64,000 nucleotides of DNA from Octopus sinensis (taxonomy: Eukaryota): NCBI RefSeq assembly GCF_006345805.1, contig NC_043007.1:24862001-24926000 (forward strand), read 5' to 3'. The notes below the pieces were generated by a model that worked only from the letters and a program-made list of their open reading frames with translations, had not been told where the DNA came from and ran no database searches. Shown here in pieces: positions 1 through 13,965 of the stretch. Both the position numbers and the translations under genes were made by a program. Positions within the stretch are counted from its first letter, which is position 1, and each line of letters begins with the position of its first letter.

Positions 1-629
1 CCCGGAACCATGAGGTTGGTAAGCAAGCTACTTACCAAACAGCCACTTCTGCCATTAATCTGAAGAGTTACTTTATACTTTTGTAGAGCACAAATTTACA
101 AGTCTTATACAAGAATATTATTGATAGTGACTTCAAAGTTTTGGCCAGCTAAGCCATTGTTGAACTATTATATATATATATGAGCGCCATACTAATACAA
201 TTGTTTGTTTGTTTTCCACCTGCCTTCGTCTTTTGTCTATTTTCATAAAGCTTCCCGTTATATATATATATATATATATATATAGATAGATAGATAGATA
301 TAGATATATAGATATATATATATAGTGAGAAAGTGTACGATAACTTGCAAGTATGTTGTGTTAGTTGTCTGCAGGTTTCTTTTGTCAAAATCTGTCAGCT
401 TTAGAGTTTTTCTATATTTTACAGCACTATAGTTTTTTTTATTCCTCGAAAGAAATTGCCTCAAGGAAAAAGAAATATAAACAATGGAGTGAAAAAAAAA
501 CATTAATTTTGTATTTAACAAAGAAAAAAATTAAAAGAAACATTCAATAGAACCATGTTTGCATCATTTTGTCAACTTTTACAACTAGTTTAGGTAGAAT
601 TACAATTGCTTCTCAGATCGGGTTTTGGT

Positions 630-2710
630 CTATGATGGATGGAGAGAGAGAGAAAAGGAGAGGAAAGAGAGAAATGGAGGGAGTGAGATAGGAAAGAGAG
701 AGGGGTAAGGAGAAAGATAGGAACAGAGAGGAAAAAATCAAGAAAGGGAGAGGGAGAGGGAAAAGGAGAGTAAGAGAGAGGGGAAAGAGACAGAGGGATA
801 AGGAGATGGAGGGAGAGAGAGGACAACATGAGGTATAGAGAGGAAAGAGAGAAAGGAGTGAGGAGACAGAGAGAAAAAATCAAGAAAGGGAGAGAGAGAA
901 AAGGAGAGGGTAAGAAAGAGGGAAGGGACAGAGGGGTCGTGAGAGAGACAGGGACAAAGAGAAACAGAAAAGGAGAGCATGAGAGAAAGAGATGTTGGGA
1001 AAGAGATGGAAGGAGGGACAGAAAGAAAGAGAAAAAGGGAGGGAGAGATAGAGAAGAGAGAGAAAGAGAGAGAGAGAAAAGGAGAGGGATGAGAGAGAAA
1101 GTGGGGAAAAAGAGAGAGAAAGGAAGAGCAGAGGGAAAGAGGGGTAAGGAGAGAGATGGAAAGAGACAGAGAGAAAAATGAGAAAGAGAGAGAAAGGTGA
1201 AAGACGAAAGGAAGGAAAAAGAGAGGAGAAAGGAGACAGAAACAGTGAGAAGGGAGCAAGAAAGAAATAAAGAAAGAAAGGTAGGAAGAGAAGAGAAAGG
1301 GAGAGATAATGAAAGTGAAAGTAGAGAAATAAGAAGTTTTGCTTTGTATTTACTGTGGTGGTGGTGGTGGAGGATGGAGAAAAGAGGGGGATGCTATTTG
1401 TTATTTTTGCATTTTTTTTCTTGTTTATGGTATTTTTATTAATTTTCTTTTTTGTAGATGGCTTAGTTAGATATTAGTTCAGAACCACCCCACAACAATT
1501 TCATCATCCCTCCAGCATCCCCCACCCTGCCGGACCATGTTAAATCTGTAAATTTGTCTGCATGTGAATAAACATAGCATCTGTTTCATTCCCATCTTGG
1601 TTTGATGTTTAGGAATTCTGGAAAATTCTATGAGAAACAATGCCATTGTATTTCTAAATGACAAGATTATCTCTTTTGGTTTATTCTGAAACAATTGGTC
1701 TCACTAATGCCAACAAACACTGTGACAACAACACCAGCCACCATCAACCTGCACCACAACCATAACCACCACCATCACTGTGACTACTATCACTGCAACC
1801 ACTATCATTGCTACCACTGACACTATAACTACTGTTACTGCTACCACCACCATCACTTTTAGGACTATCACCACTATGACAACAATGACCACCACTACCT
1901 CGACCATCACTGCTACCACCACCACCACTGCCACCACCACCACCACCAACATCACAACTATTATCACCACAACTACCATCACTGCTACCACCATAACCAA
2001 TATGACTTTCACCACTATGACCATCACCACTACCACCATCAGTGCAACAACCATCACTGACCACCATAACTGCTACCACTGTCACCACTACGGCCATCAC
2101 TGCTATCATCAATACTCCAGCTAATACCCCCTACTGTCACCATTACCACAACCGCTACCATCACTATAACCACATATACTCACATTCATACAGGCATACA
2201 TACTCACCTACACACACACGTACATACACTCACAAATACATACATTCACACACATATATACATGTGCTCACACACTTGCACCTACACTCACACACACATT
2301 AGAACCATCACCACCATCCAGTATGCGTGTGAGTGTACGTGATAGTGTGTGAGTACATATGTATATATGTGTGAGTGTGTGTGTATGAGCTGTGTGTGTG
2401 TAAATGTATGTATGTGTGAGTGTGTGTGTGTATGTGGGTGTGTGAATTTGTGTTTGTGAGTTTGTGTGTGAGTGTATGTGTGAGTGTGAATGTGTCTTTG
2501 TGAATTTGTGTGTGTGTGTAAGTGTGAATGTATGTATGTTTGAATCTGTGTATGTGAGTTTGTGCATGTGTGTGAGTGCGAGTGTGAATGTGTATTTATG
2601 AATGTGTGTGTGTGTGTGTGTGTCAGACTGTTAGTGTTTAGGTGAGTAACATTGTGTGAGTGTATGCTTGTATGAATGTGTGTGTGTGTGTGTGTGTGTG
2701 TTTGCACACA
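630..2710. repeat. Low-complexity block: GA-rich purine tract (630-1330), ACC/ACT trinucleotide tract (1730-2170), CA then TG tracts (2170-2710)
   Basis: Directly visible; explains the many spurious ORFs here. Confidence 0.92.
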
Positions 2711-2757
2711 TATGCAATTAACAATGTATATATTGATGAACTATATAAAGTGCATAC

Positions 2758-2952
2758 CTGGAACCAGTCAATTGTGCAGCAGTTAATGAGGGAAGGAAAT
2801 TGGCGTAAGCGGTTACGGAAGGCATCACCAATTGGGCTGAACGCAATAATTATGTGAAGATTCAATCGACAACGGTTGACAAAGAATGCAAACAGTGCTA
2901 GTAGACTGAGTTCTTCGGATTTGTTTCCAGCCTGGGCTGCAGGACGCACCAG
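2758..2952 (-). CDS. DNAH12: Dynein exon O (195 nt): LVRPAAQAGNKSEELSLLALFAFFVNRC...FSPIGDAFRNRLRQFPSLINCCTIDWF
   Basis: ctcttttag|CTG ... CAG|gtatgc; SPIGDAFRxRLRxFPSLINCCTIDWF invariant motif. Confidence 0.97.
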
Positions 2953-3012
2953 CTAAAAGAGAGAAAAAAGAGAAACAATAAGAATGGGACAATAATGATG
3001 GTAATTGTAAGG

Positions 3013-3855
3013 TGGCGAGCTGGCAGAAACATTAGCATGCTGGACGAAATGCTTAGTGGTATTTCGTCTGTCTTTATGTTCTGAGTTCAAATTCCACCAA
3101 AGTCGACTTTGCCTTTCATCCTTTTGGGGTTGATAATTTAAGTACCAGTTGCATACCGGGGTCGATCTAATTGACTGGCCCACTTCCCCAAAACTTCAAG
3201 TCTTGTGCCTAGAGTAGAAAAGAATATTCATAACTGTTCTAAGGAGGCGAGCTGGCAGAAATGTTAGCACGCCAGGCGAAATGCATAGCCATATTTCGTC
3301 TGCCGCTACGTTCTGAGTTCAAATTCTGCCGAGGGTGACTTTGCCTTTCATCCTTTCGGGGTCGATTACATAAGTACCAGTTATGCACTGGAGTCAATAT
3401 AATCAACTTAATCCGTTAGTCTGTCCTTGTTTGTCCTCTCTGTGTTTAGCCCCTTGTAGGTAGTAAAGAAATAGGTATTTCGTCTGTCTTTATGTTCTGA
3501 GTTCAAATTCTGCCGAAGTCGACTTTGCCTTTCATTCTTTTGGGGTCGATAAATTAAGTACCAGTTGTGCACTGGAGTCGATCTAATCGACTGGCCCACT
3601 TCCCAAAAACTTCAGGTCTTGTGCCTAGAGTTGTTCTAAGGCAGCGAGCTGGCAGAAGCGTTAGCATGCCAGATGAAATGCTTAGCGGTATTTCGTCTGT
3701 CTTTATGTTCTGAGTTCAAATTCCGCTGAGGTCAACTCTGCCTTTCATCCTTTCGGGGTCGATAAATGAAGTACCAGTTGTGTACTGGGGCCAATCTTAT
3801 TGACTGGCCCCTTCCCTCAAAATGTTGAGCCTTGTGCCTAGAGTAAAAAAGAATA
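3013..3855 (+). mobile_element. Cluster of SINE-B units including a hetero-dimer (3241-3630)
   Basis: Four tandem units; junction aaagaaata|ggtatttcgtc at 3473|3474; an inverted partial copy follows at about 3900-4045. Confidence 0.85.
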
Positions 3856-4098
3856 ATGATGGTAATTGTGATAATAATAATTTCAAATTTTTGATACAAA
3901 GCCAGAAATTTCGGGAGAAGAGGTAAGTTGACATCATCAGCCCCTGTACTTGACAGGGTGAAATTTGAACTCAGAAAGTAGCAGCAGACGAAATATCGCT
4001 AAGCATATCGTCCAGCACGCTAACGATTCTGCCAGCTCGCCACCTTAATAATTGTAATAATAATAAAAATTAAAATTAAAATAATAATAATAATAATG

Positions 4099-4149
<51 letters not shown>

Positions 4150-4150
4150 T

Positions 4151-4405
4151 ATGAGAATGATCCCTGGCTTACCATCACTGCAAGAAGTGCAAAAGATTGT
4201 CTTAACTGGTACATCACATGTATTGAGAAGAGCATTGTCGATGTGAGAACTGTTGCTGCTCATGTATTTTAATTTTAAAAAATGAACGAACTATTGAGTT
4301 TGGTTTAATGGCCTACCAATGTATACTATGAGTTTCTTTGCCCTAGGAGTCGGGAAGACACTCGGCAAGAAATAGAAGCAAATTTGAAAGAAGAAAAAAA
4401 AAGTG
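4151..4405 (+). mobile_element. R4/Dong-type LINE extreme 3' end inside an (AAT)n tract
   Basis: IPGLPSLQEVQKIVLTGTSHVLRRALSM* then UTR; (AAT)n on both sides. Confidence 0.7.
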
Positions 4406-6092
4406 ATAATAATAATAATAATAATTATAATCCGTTATATTTTAGGCACAAGCCTGAAATTTTGGAGGAGGGATCTAATCAATTACGTTGACCTGATTAC
4501 TCAACTGGTACTTATCTTAGTGATCCCAAAAGGATGAAAAACGAAGTCAACCTCATTGGAATTGGAACTCAGAATGTTAAGAGCCAGAAGAAATGCTGCC
4601 AAAGCATTTTGTCTGGCATGCTACTGGTTCTGCCAGCTCACCACCTGAATGATAATAATGTTGATGACAATGATGACGATGACGATGACGATGACGATGA
4701 TGATGATGATGATGATGATGACGATGATGATGATGCCGATGATGATGACGATGATGATGATGATGATGACGATGATGATGATGATGATGATTTTCTTTTT
4801 ATTGTTTGCAAGGACCCAAGACACTGAGGACAATATCAAAGGATAAGATAAATAAATAAATAAATAACAATAATAATAATAATAATAATAACTGCAACAG
4901 CAGCAGCAGCAGCAACAACAACAACGATAATCAAAGAAGCCAAAATGTTTGACTCTTAAGATTCCTGATCTCTTGCTACCTTACAGCTACAAGTCAGACA
5001 GTGGAATTGATTTTAAACAAAGATATCCATCAGAATGGGAAGCCGAACACAAATTTTATTGGAATTGTTCAGCCAGTAATAGAGTTATAAAATGCCAATT
5101 TTCAAAGATTGTACACAGGCTGTATTGAAACAGATCTTTTCTACAGCAGCAAGACCTGTACTATAACAATTACAAACTCCCCACCCACCCCACAAAAAAA
5201 ACCCCATAAACTGAAGAGATAAACACTAGTCATTTTTCTGTTCTCTTTTACTATCTGCACTTCAAGAACATTGTTCAGAAAGAAATAGCTAACAAATGGC
5301 TCATTGCAAGAGCATGTTTTCTCAGTAGAATGTGTCCACCACCACCACCACCACCACCACCACTATTATTCTTTTATTATTTTGCTTGTTTCAGTCATTG
5401 AACTGTAGCAATGCTGTGGGAGCTGCTACCCTGAAGGATTTAGTGGATCTATTCAACTGTCTGAAATAAGGAAAGACAGATATTTTAGGTAATATAGTGC
5501 CGGTAGCACGTAAAAGCACCATCCGTTCGTGGCCATTTGCCAGCTCTGTCTGGCACCTGTGCAGGTGGCACGTAAAAAGCACCCACTACACTCACGGAGT
5601 GGTTGGCATTAGGAAGGGCATCCAGCCGTAGAAACACTGCCAAATCTGACTGGGCCTGATGAAGCCTTCCGGCTTCACAGACCCCAGTTAAACCGTCCAA
5701 CCCATGCTAGCATGGAAAACGGACGCTAAATGATGATGATGATGATGATGATGATAGTCCTAAACACTCTATATCTCAATAAAAGGACATGATGTTCACA
5801 GCTGGAAACACCATTCATTATTAATGACTCATAGGGGATCCATATTTCATTATGCAATCATGACATACTACAAAGTATATTAAATGCTTTATAAGTCGTA
5901 GGCTTAATTGTTATAACTATAAGCATAGGAGTGGCTGTGTGGTAAGTAGCTTGCTTACCAGCCACATGGTTCCGGGTTCAGTCCCACTGCATGGCACCTT
6001 GGGCAAGTGACTTCTACTATAGCCTCGGGTTGACCTAAGCCTTGTGAGTGGATTTGGTAGACGGAAACTGAAAGAAGCCCGTCGTATATGTG

Positions 6093-6131
<39 letters not shown>

Positions 6132-6919
6132 TTGTGTGTCTCTGTTTGTCCCTCCAACATCGCTTAACAACTGATGCTGTTGTGTTTACACCACTGTAAC
6201 TTAGCAGTTCGGTAAAAGAGACCAATAGAATAAGTACTAGGCTTACAAAGAATAAGTCCTGGGGTCGATTTGCTCGACTAAAGGCAGTGCTCCAGCATGG
6301 CCACAGTCAAATGACTGAAACAAGTAAAAGAGTAAATCAATATAGTGTTCTACTGTGTTAGCAGTGCTATAAAATCACTTGTTAAGTTTATCTCTACAGA
6401 TTTTACTCCTTTTTCTTTTATTCTTTTACTTGCTTCAATCATTTGACTATGGCCATGCTGGAACATCCTTAAAAGGATTTAGTCAAAGAAATCGATCCCA
6501 GAACTTATTCTTTGTAAGCCTAGTACTTAATTCTATCAGTGTCTTTTGCTGAACTGCTAAGTTATAGGGTCCTGTTTGTTTTCTTCTCTGACCCTCATAC
6601 TCCCCCTAATTGTCTCGTTTTGGAGTACATTTATTCCATGTTAACTTTCTGTATTGCATTCCTGTACATCTCCTGTCTTGTTTGTCATTTTGGCCTGCCG
6701 ATTCCCAGCAGCGTGTGCCACTGGCCCCACCAGAAGAGATGCAATATTATTGGTTAGGCACGAAATTGCAATTGACTCACTGACCCAATAACTGATGAGG
6801 AGTTGGCATCCATCTAAGTCTGTTTCCCGTTTGTTTGTGCATTTATTATATGTTTTTTGGCTCATTATTTAATGCAGCACTATGTGCAGCAAAAAATAAT
6901 TTTCTTATATATATATATA

Positions 6920-7345
6920 CTAGCAGCTAAGCCCGATTTCACCCGGTCGGTTTGGATGATGTGGCTGTAAAACCTGCTCTGTGAAGGCATTCGACTTGTT
7001 TGGGCACGCTTACATTAAAAAACAATTTTAGACTGACTTTTTTCTGTCAAAACGCTAAAAATAACTGACCAGCAAAAAAAAACAAAGATTCAACTAAATC
7101 AAAAAATAAACTCAAATACTAAGCGAACAAAGATGAACCATCCCACTTCCAATATGCACGCACACACACACATATATTCACATACACCCTGTTTTACATA
7201 CACACACACATATTCATACAGAGTTGAAACACTGATTTATTTTTTTCAGCATACACTACCAAGTATGACATCACCCCTTCCTTCCTTATTCATCTATCAC
7301 CCCTTCCTTTCTCATTCATAAACACAAGAGTATTATTATAGTAGA
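6920..7345 (-). mobile_element. Non-autonomous Helitron (about 426 bp)
   Basis: On the minus strand: 5' A|TCTACTATAATAATA ... hairpin ... CTAG|T 3'; canonical TC start, CTAG end, AT target, no TSD. Confidence 0.8.
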
Positions 7346-8195
7346 TTATTTTGGTAACCATAGGAGCTATGAAAAAAATACAAAGCCCAGCATCACCACC
7401 GAATCATTCTACACATCTGTGTAATTTTTTGCTCAATTCCACTCAGCCGTTTGACCATGAATCCCAAGACAAGAAAGAATCGCCCATGTCAAATTTATAT
7501 GTATAGATATATATTTAAATATACAAACGATGAGCTTCTTTCAGTTTCCATCTACCAAATCAACTCACAAGGCTTTGGTTGGCCCAAGGCTATAGCAGAA
7601 AACACTTACCCAAGGTGCCACGCAGTGGGACTGAACCCGGAACCATGTGGATGGGAAGCAAGCTTCTTACCACACAGCCATGCCTGCACCTATAGAAATT
7701 ATAGCCATCATTGATTTGTTATGACATTTTGTACCTGAGTGTATCTAATGTTTACATGCTTGCTATAATTTCTATAGAAAATCTGTAGAAATAACCTTAA
7801 CAAGTAAAATCATTCATTACAGGTCTGTCGATTCTGGGCTAACCTGAGGCTAAACAATGACATTAATAATATTTCAGAAGCAAATTCTTTAACACTTGCA
7901 CTAGAATATGCATATCTTTTTCCTGTTTATCTTTTTCTTTGTTCCAGTCATTAGACTGTGGCCATGCTGGGGCAACATTTTTAGAGCACCAAATTGAATT
8001 TAATTAGTCACAGGCATGGCACTGTGGTACCACAGTTTCATTTGTAACCACATGGTTTCAAGCACTTCCTCACAGCATGACACGTTAGGTGTGTGTCTTG
8101 TACGATGACCTTGGGCTTTGTCAGAAGAATCAGTTGATGGAAACTATATGGAAGCTTGTCATGTCATATGTATATATATATGTGTGTGTATAAAA

Positions 8196-8240
<45 letters not shown>

Positions 8241-8256
8241 ACATACATATGTGTAT

Positions 8257-8292
<36 letters not shown>

Positions 8293-9474
8293 CAAGCTCT
8301 AACCTCTCTGTCTCTTTGTTACACTCTAACCTTTCATCCTCTGACACAAGTTCCCCTCCTCAAATGCCCTGCCCCTCTTATAATCCCTTGTCTTGTGAGT
8401 TACTTGGTTACCCTGCCAGTGTTGGTGCCACATTAAAAGCATCCAGTCCACACTGTAACGTGGTTGGCATTCGGAAGAGCATCAGGCTGTAAAAATCATG
8501 CCAAAACTAACCTCGCCTGTGCTAGTACCACATAAAAAGCACCGAGTCCACTCTATGGAATGGTTGGTGTTAGGAAGAGCATCCAGCCATAAAATACCTG
8601 CCAAAACAGACACAGGAGCCTAGGGTAGTTTTTCTACCTGGCTGGTTCCTGTCAACCATCCTACCCATGCATGCATGGAAGATGGACGTTAAGCAATGAT
8701 GATGATGATATATATGTATAATGTGTTGTCCTACCCTTGATTTATCTATGGGGCACACCATACAACCTGTTGTTTACTTTGTTAAAAAAATATTCCTTGA
8801 ATATTATGTATGACTCTTACCTTCTCTTTCCTTCCTCGTTTTACTCCCTCATTCCTTCCTTTTCTGTGTGTGTGTATGTCTCTTTCTCTCTCTCTCTCTT
8901 TCCTCTCCCTCCGATTTCATTTTTCTTCTCTCTTTTTCCTTAGTCCCTCTTTTTCTCCTTCCCTCTGCTTTCCTTCCTCGCTTGTCTCCCGTGTACCTTT
9001 TCTCCCTCTTATTCCCTCTCCTTCTTTCTTATTCCTTAGTCCCTCTTTCTCTTTAATCCCTCTGCAACTCTTCCCCTCTCCTACCACGTGATCACTGTCC
9101 AGCCAAAACGTTGTCATCCTTTTTCAACAAGCCATCATCCAAGCCAGTCATGTTCATCTGTCCTCCCACTCAGTCTGTTAAGACTTTCCATCTTTCCTTT
9201 GTACCAGCCTATGTTCATCTGATAGTCAAAAGACCCTTTATTTTATTTATTTATATAAGTTGTAATTGTACAATTATTTAAATTTTATTGTATAGCCAAA
9301 AGGCAATTGTCTATTGTATGTCTATAATTCTTTTTCTGTTGCACTTTTATTATTATTTTATCACATTAAATTTGTCTGATAGTCGAAAGACCTTTTCTGT
9401 TATTTATTTATATATAAATATACAGTTATTTTCATTTTGCTGTGTAGCCAAAAGGTGTTCATCTGTTGTATACA

Positions 9475-9577
9475 TATAATTCTTGCTTTTTTGTTCTTCT
9501 TTTCGTCCTTGTATATATTCATTCGCTTTTCCCAGAAACTTAATGCTCTGGTGCTTGCTGGATTCAAGTGGTCTCAG

Positions 9578-9612
<35 letters not shown>

Positions 9613-10836
9613 ATAAGAGTAAATAATTTCTATAATGGTTTTTAAAAAAAGACCACAATTATTTACTGGTAGAATTCGGTATGTAAATATAGCCGATTAA
9701 CGGTAGGAACTTCTGTAAAGTTCAGTATATATATTGTATATAAGAAAAAGGGACAGGCAACAGGTTGCTTGACCGCATACCGAAAAGTAGAAATAGCAGT
9801 CAAGAATGTTTATTTCTATTTTCCACAAGTGGGGCTCCACACACGACAAACCCTGCAATTCACATATGCAAAACAGAAGGAATAGATATCGAAAACGAAG
9901 TCTGGTGGTTATCTGTGAACATCATGTTTCTGGATTATAAACATATTGAATATATATTTCATATATACTTTTGATATATATTTCATATATACTTTTGATA
10001 TATATTTCATATATATTGCATATATATTTCACATCTGTCTTCAGCACAGCTTTCCATTGAAATAGATTTATCATAGATTTATCAAATGCTACGTACCTCA
10101 AACCTTCTGACCATGCGACATCAAAATATTTGAAGAAAGCGAGCAAAGGCTAAACCTACATAGACGTTTGAATTCGTAAATCTTCCCTCCAAAATTTTGC
10201 CATGCGCACTACAAAAATAGTTCCATAGGAGTAGGAACTATTGGGTTGTCGTAAGGGAGTGAAAAATCTAATTAGTAATATAATAATAAGAGTAAATAAT
10301 TTCTATAATGGTTTTTAAAAAAAGACCACAATTATTTACTGGTAGAATTCGGTATGTAAATATAGCCGATTAACGGTAGGAACTTCTGTAAAGTTCAGTA
10401 TATATATTGTATATAAGAAAAAGGGACAGGCAACAGGTTGCTTGACTGCATACCGAAAAAGTAGAAATAGCAGTCAAGAATGCTTATTTCTATTTTCCAC
10501 AAGTGGGGCTCCACACATGGTCAAGCAACCTGTTGCCTGTCCCTTTTTCTTATATATATATATATATATATATAAAGGGTAGAGCAAAAAGAACACAAAT
10601 GGAAATCCAACAAAAAACAACATACATAACAAATGGGAAACTGGGTGGAAGCAAGATACATGGACCATTCACAGCCGATTTCCTTGTCAGTCAGTGTCTG
10701 GGAAGTCATAGCAGTTTCGCACTTTTTAACCCCTGAGACCACTCAAATCCAGCAAGCACCAGAGCATTAACCTTCTGGGAAAAGCAAATGAATGTATACA
10801 AGAACGAAAACAAGAACAAAAAAAGCAAGAATTATA
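9475..10836. repeat. Composite inverted/direct repeat structure
   Basis: IR arms 9475-9577 and 10733-10836; direct repeats 9605-9843 and 10278-10517 (3 differences); 38-bp inverted copy 10519-10556. Confidence 0.9.
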
Positions 10837-11685
10837 CATATATGTATGTATATATATGTATTTATACCTAATTAATGTGTGTGTGGGGCTATGTGGTAAG
10901 AAGCTTGCTTCCCAAACACATGGTTCAGGGTTCAGTCCCACTGCATGGTACCTTGGGCAAGTGTCTTCTATTATAGCTTTGTGCTGGCCAAAGCTTGGTG
11001 AGTGGATTTGGTAGATGGAAGCTGAAAGAAGCCCTTTGTATATATACATCTATATATCTATATATCCGTGTGTGTGTCCCTACTTCATCGCTTGACAACA
11101 AATGTTGGTGTGTTTACGTCCCCGTAACTTAGCAGTTCGGCAAAAGATACTGACAGAATAAGTACAAGCTTACAAAGAACAAGTCTTGGGGGCGATTTGT
11201 TCGACTATAGGCAATGCTCCAGCATGGCCACAGTCAAATGACTGAAACAAGAATAAAAGAATAAAATTATATGCACCCGCACACACACACAGATATATAT
11301 ACACATACATATTATACACACATAAATATATGTGCATACGCATGTGTGTGTGTGTGTGTCTTTGTGCTCCCCCACTACTTGGCAACTGGTGTTTGTTTAC
11401 ATCTCCATAACTTAGCAGTTTGGCAAAAGAGATCAATAGAATAAGTACTGGGGTTAATTTCTTCAGCTAAGACATTTAAAGGCGGTGCCCCAACATGACC
11501 ACACTTCAATGCGTGAAGCGAATAAAAAATAAAAGATAAAACAAAAAAAGAAAAGGATAAGGTGAAACAAACAGAAACGAAATACAGCCATACTCTATGA
11601 TAGAGAATGATGCCGGAATGGTAAACAGCTCATACTGATCTGAATTCCTACAGAGAAGCTAGAATTGAAAAAACATCAAACAAAC

Positions 11686-11847
11686 CTCTAAAACTTCACC
11701 TCTCTCTTCAGCTGTGAAGAGATTGGGAACAGCTCCAGTGTTGAGAAGACTGTCAATATCTTCTAGGAATCTCTCCTCTTTGATTTGCGTGTCAGTGATT
11801 AGGAATGATACAGGCTTGTTTAGACCACCAGCTTCTTTTAGTACACC
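11686..11847 (-). CDS. DNAH12: Dynein exon N (162 nt): GVLKEAGGLNKPVSFLITDTQIKEERFLEDIDSLLNTGAVPNLFTAEERGEVLE
   Basis: tctttccag|GGT ... GAG|gtttgt; FLxTDTQIKEE.FLEDI AAA4 Walker B region. Not in the ORF track. Confidence 0.96.
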
Positions 11848-12027
11848 CTGGAAAGACAGAACGAGAGGGAAGAAGAATCATATTCTAAATGAATGCCTAT
11901 AAATGGAAGAATTCAGTAAGTTATAAGGAAAATCTCAATGTTGTTACGAGCACAAATTCAATTTTTCTAAACCTACAGTCCCTTATTATGTCACTGAAAT
12001 AAAATAGGTTGTGTGTGTGTGTGTGTG

Positions 12028-12510
12028 ATTAAGATCTGGTCATCAAATCTAAGTAGAGACTTCAAACTTGAAATCTTCAAAGCCACAGTCAAACCAATTC
12101 TACTATATGGCTCAGAAATCTGGACGTTATCAAAGAAGCTTGAGAGGCGGTTGGATGGAACCTACACTCGCCTCCTTATGAGAGCTCAAAATCTCTCGTG
12201 GAAGCGCCATCCAACCAAAATGCAAATATATGGGAAACTACCACCTGTGTCATCTCTTGTGAAAGGTAAGAGAGTCCAGTTTGCTGGACATTGTTGTAGA
12301 GCTGAAAACGAAGTAATTTCTACTCTTCTCCTCTGGAAGCCATCTACTCGCAATACCAGAGGGCGCACACTCTCCTACCCTGATGTAATCTCCAGGGATA
12401 CAGGCATCCAGCAACAGGACCTCCGTAATGCCATGATGGACCATGAAGTCTGGCGTAGCATGGTAAATTCCATTGTCTCGACCACGGTCGAACAATGATG
12501 ATGATGATGT
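12028..12510 (+). mobile_element. 5'-truncated non-LTR retrotransposon (RTE-like), RT C-terminal region with (GAT)n tail
   Basis: Stop-free ORF with FKATVKPILLYGSEIWTL, RLLMRAQNLSWK.HPT, FAGHC, LLLWKP..RGR; ends in gatgatgatgat; inserted into a (GT)n tract present on both sides. Confidence 0.9.
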
Positions 12511-13429
12511 GTGTGTGTGTGCATCCATTTTATTTTGTTTTTTTCATTTTTTCTTAGTGGGGGTGATAGGGCTTATGTATGTTGTAGGGTCAGTCTTCAG
12601 ATCTTGCTAATAAAAACCAATGACAGAAATTCCCTGTGAAATAAAAGCTGACAAAAAAGCCTCTAAATGGTTGCACAACATTCTAGAAATAGCAGCCAAA
12701 TCTCCTTCTGCCAGCTTTCCGCCTTTCATTCTAGCAAAAATATACCAGCTGTTAAACAGTGTGTGAGTGTACATGTGTGGGGAAATACACACACACACAC
12801 ACACACACACATGGCAGGCTTCCACACAGCTTCTGTCTATCAAATTCATTCACAAGGCTTTTGTCTGCCTGGGGCTATAGCAGAATTCACTTGCCCAAAG
12901 TACCACACAGTGGGACTGAACCCAAGACTATGTGGTTGCAAAGTGATCTTCTTAACAGCACAGCCTTGCATACATTTCTAAATTTCTGACAACCAAACTC
13001 TCAGTTTACCAATTTATTTTTCTGTCTCACAATACATAGCTCTAGTTATCATTCTAATGCACCATACATCAAATATGTTTACATTAACCTAAACATACAC
13101 CACTCTAGCTTTCTATCTGTCTCAGCACTAAATTTATTTCTTGTTAGCTATTTCATAGTTTATATATAAAACAAGTTAATACTAACTTCCCTAGCTATCT
13201 GCTAATCAATCTATCTCTTTATCTGTCTCACCACATATACAATTTTAGTTTATCTTTATAATGTTCCAGGCATAATGTGAAACAGTGCTGTCAAACCTTT
13301 CACTCACACAATTCTGATATTTAAAACTTGTTTCATTACATATATATAATTCTTCAAACAGTTTGTTGAGATTACATACATACATACAAGTATGTATGTA
13401 TATATTATGTATCTTTATTTTCATATATG

Positions 13430-13434
13430 TATGC

Positions 13435-13465
<31 letters not shown>

Positions 13466-13495
13466 TGTATGTATGTATGCATGCATATGTATGTG

Positions 13496-13526
<31 letters not shown>

Positions 13527-13965
13527 TTACTTCCTGTATTAAAAAATAAATAAAACTTTATTCATATACATACATATGAATGCATGTGTGTGTGTGTATA
13601 TATATATATATACACACACACACAGATATAAACATACACACACACACACATATATATATGTGTGTGTGTGTATACATATATACACACATATTTACACATC
13701 TATATATCATTTTCTCTACCAAATCACTCTTCAGCTCACAGCATTTGCAAAGTCTACAATCATTGTCTTTGCTTCTCCTCAACAACACAATGCCAAAAAA
13801 GGATGAGGATGAGGAGGAGGATGGGGGGAGGAGGAGGAGGAGGAGGAGGAGAAGAAGAAGAAGAAGAAGAAGAAGAAGAAGAAGAAGAAGAAGAAGAAGA
13901 AGAAGAAGAAAGAAGAAGAAGAAGAAGAAGAAGAAGAAGAAGAAGAAGAAGAAGAAGAAGAAGAA
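13430..13965. repeat. (TATG)n, (TA)n, (CA)n and (GAG)n(GAA)n microsatellites
   Basis: Directly visible. Confidence 0.92.

Noticed and set aside
1479-1694. Candidate next dynein exon after exon O
   Set aside because: No frame gives the expected xWPxDAL continuation; the next exon is probably outside the window.
4987-5128. 46-codon + strand frame after an acceptor-like site (YKSDSGIDFKQRYPSEW...)
   Set aside because: Too short, no donor before the stop, no recognisable domain.
9605-10517. TRIM / mini-LTR retrotransposon interpretation of the 240-bp direct repeats
   Set aside because: No TG...CA termini, no primer-binding site, no polypurine tract and no TSD found in either orientation.
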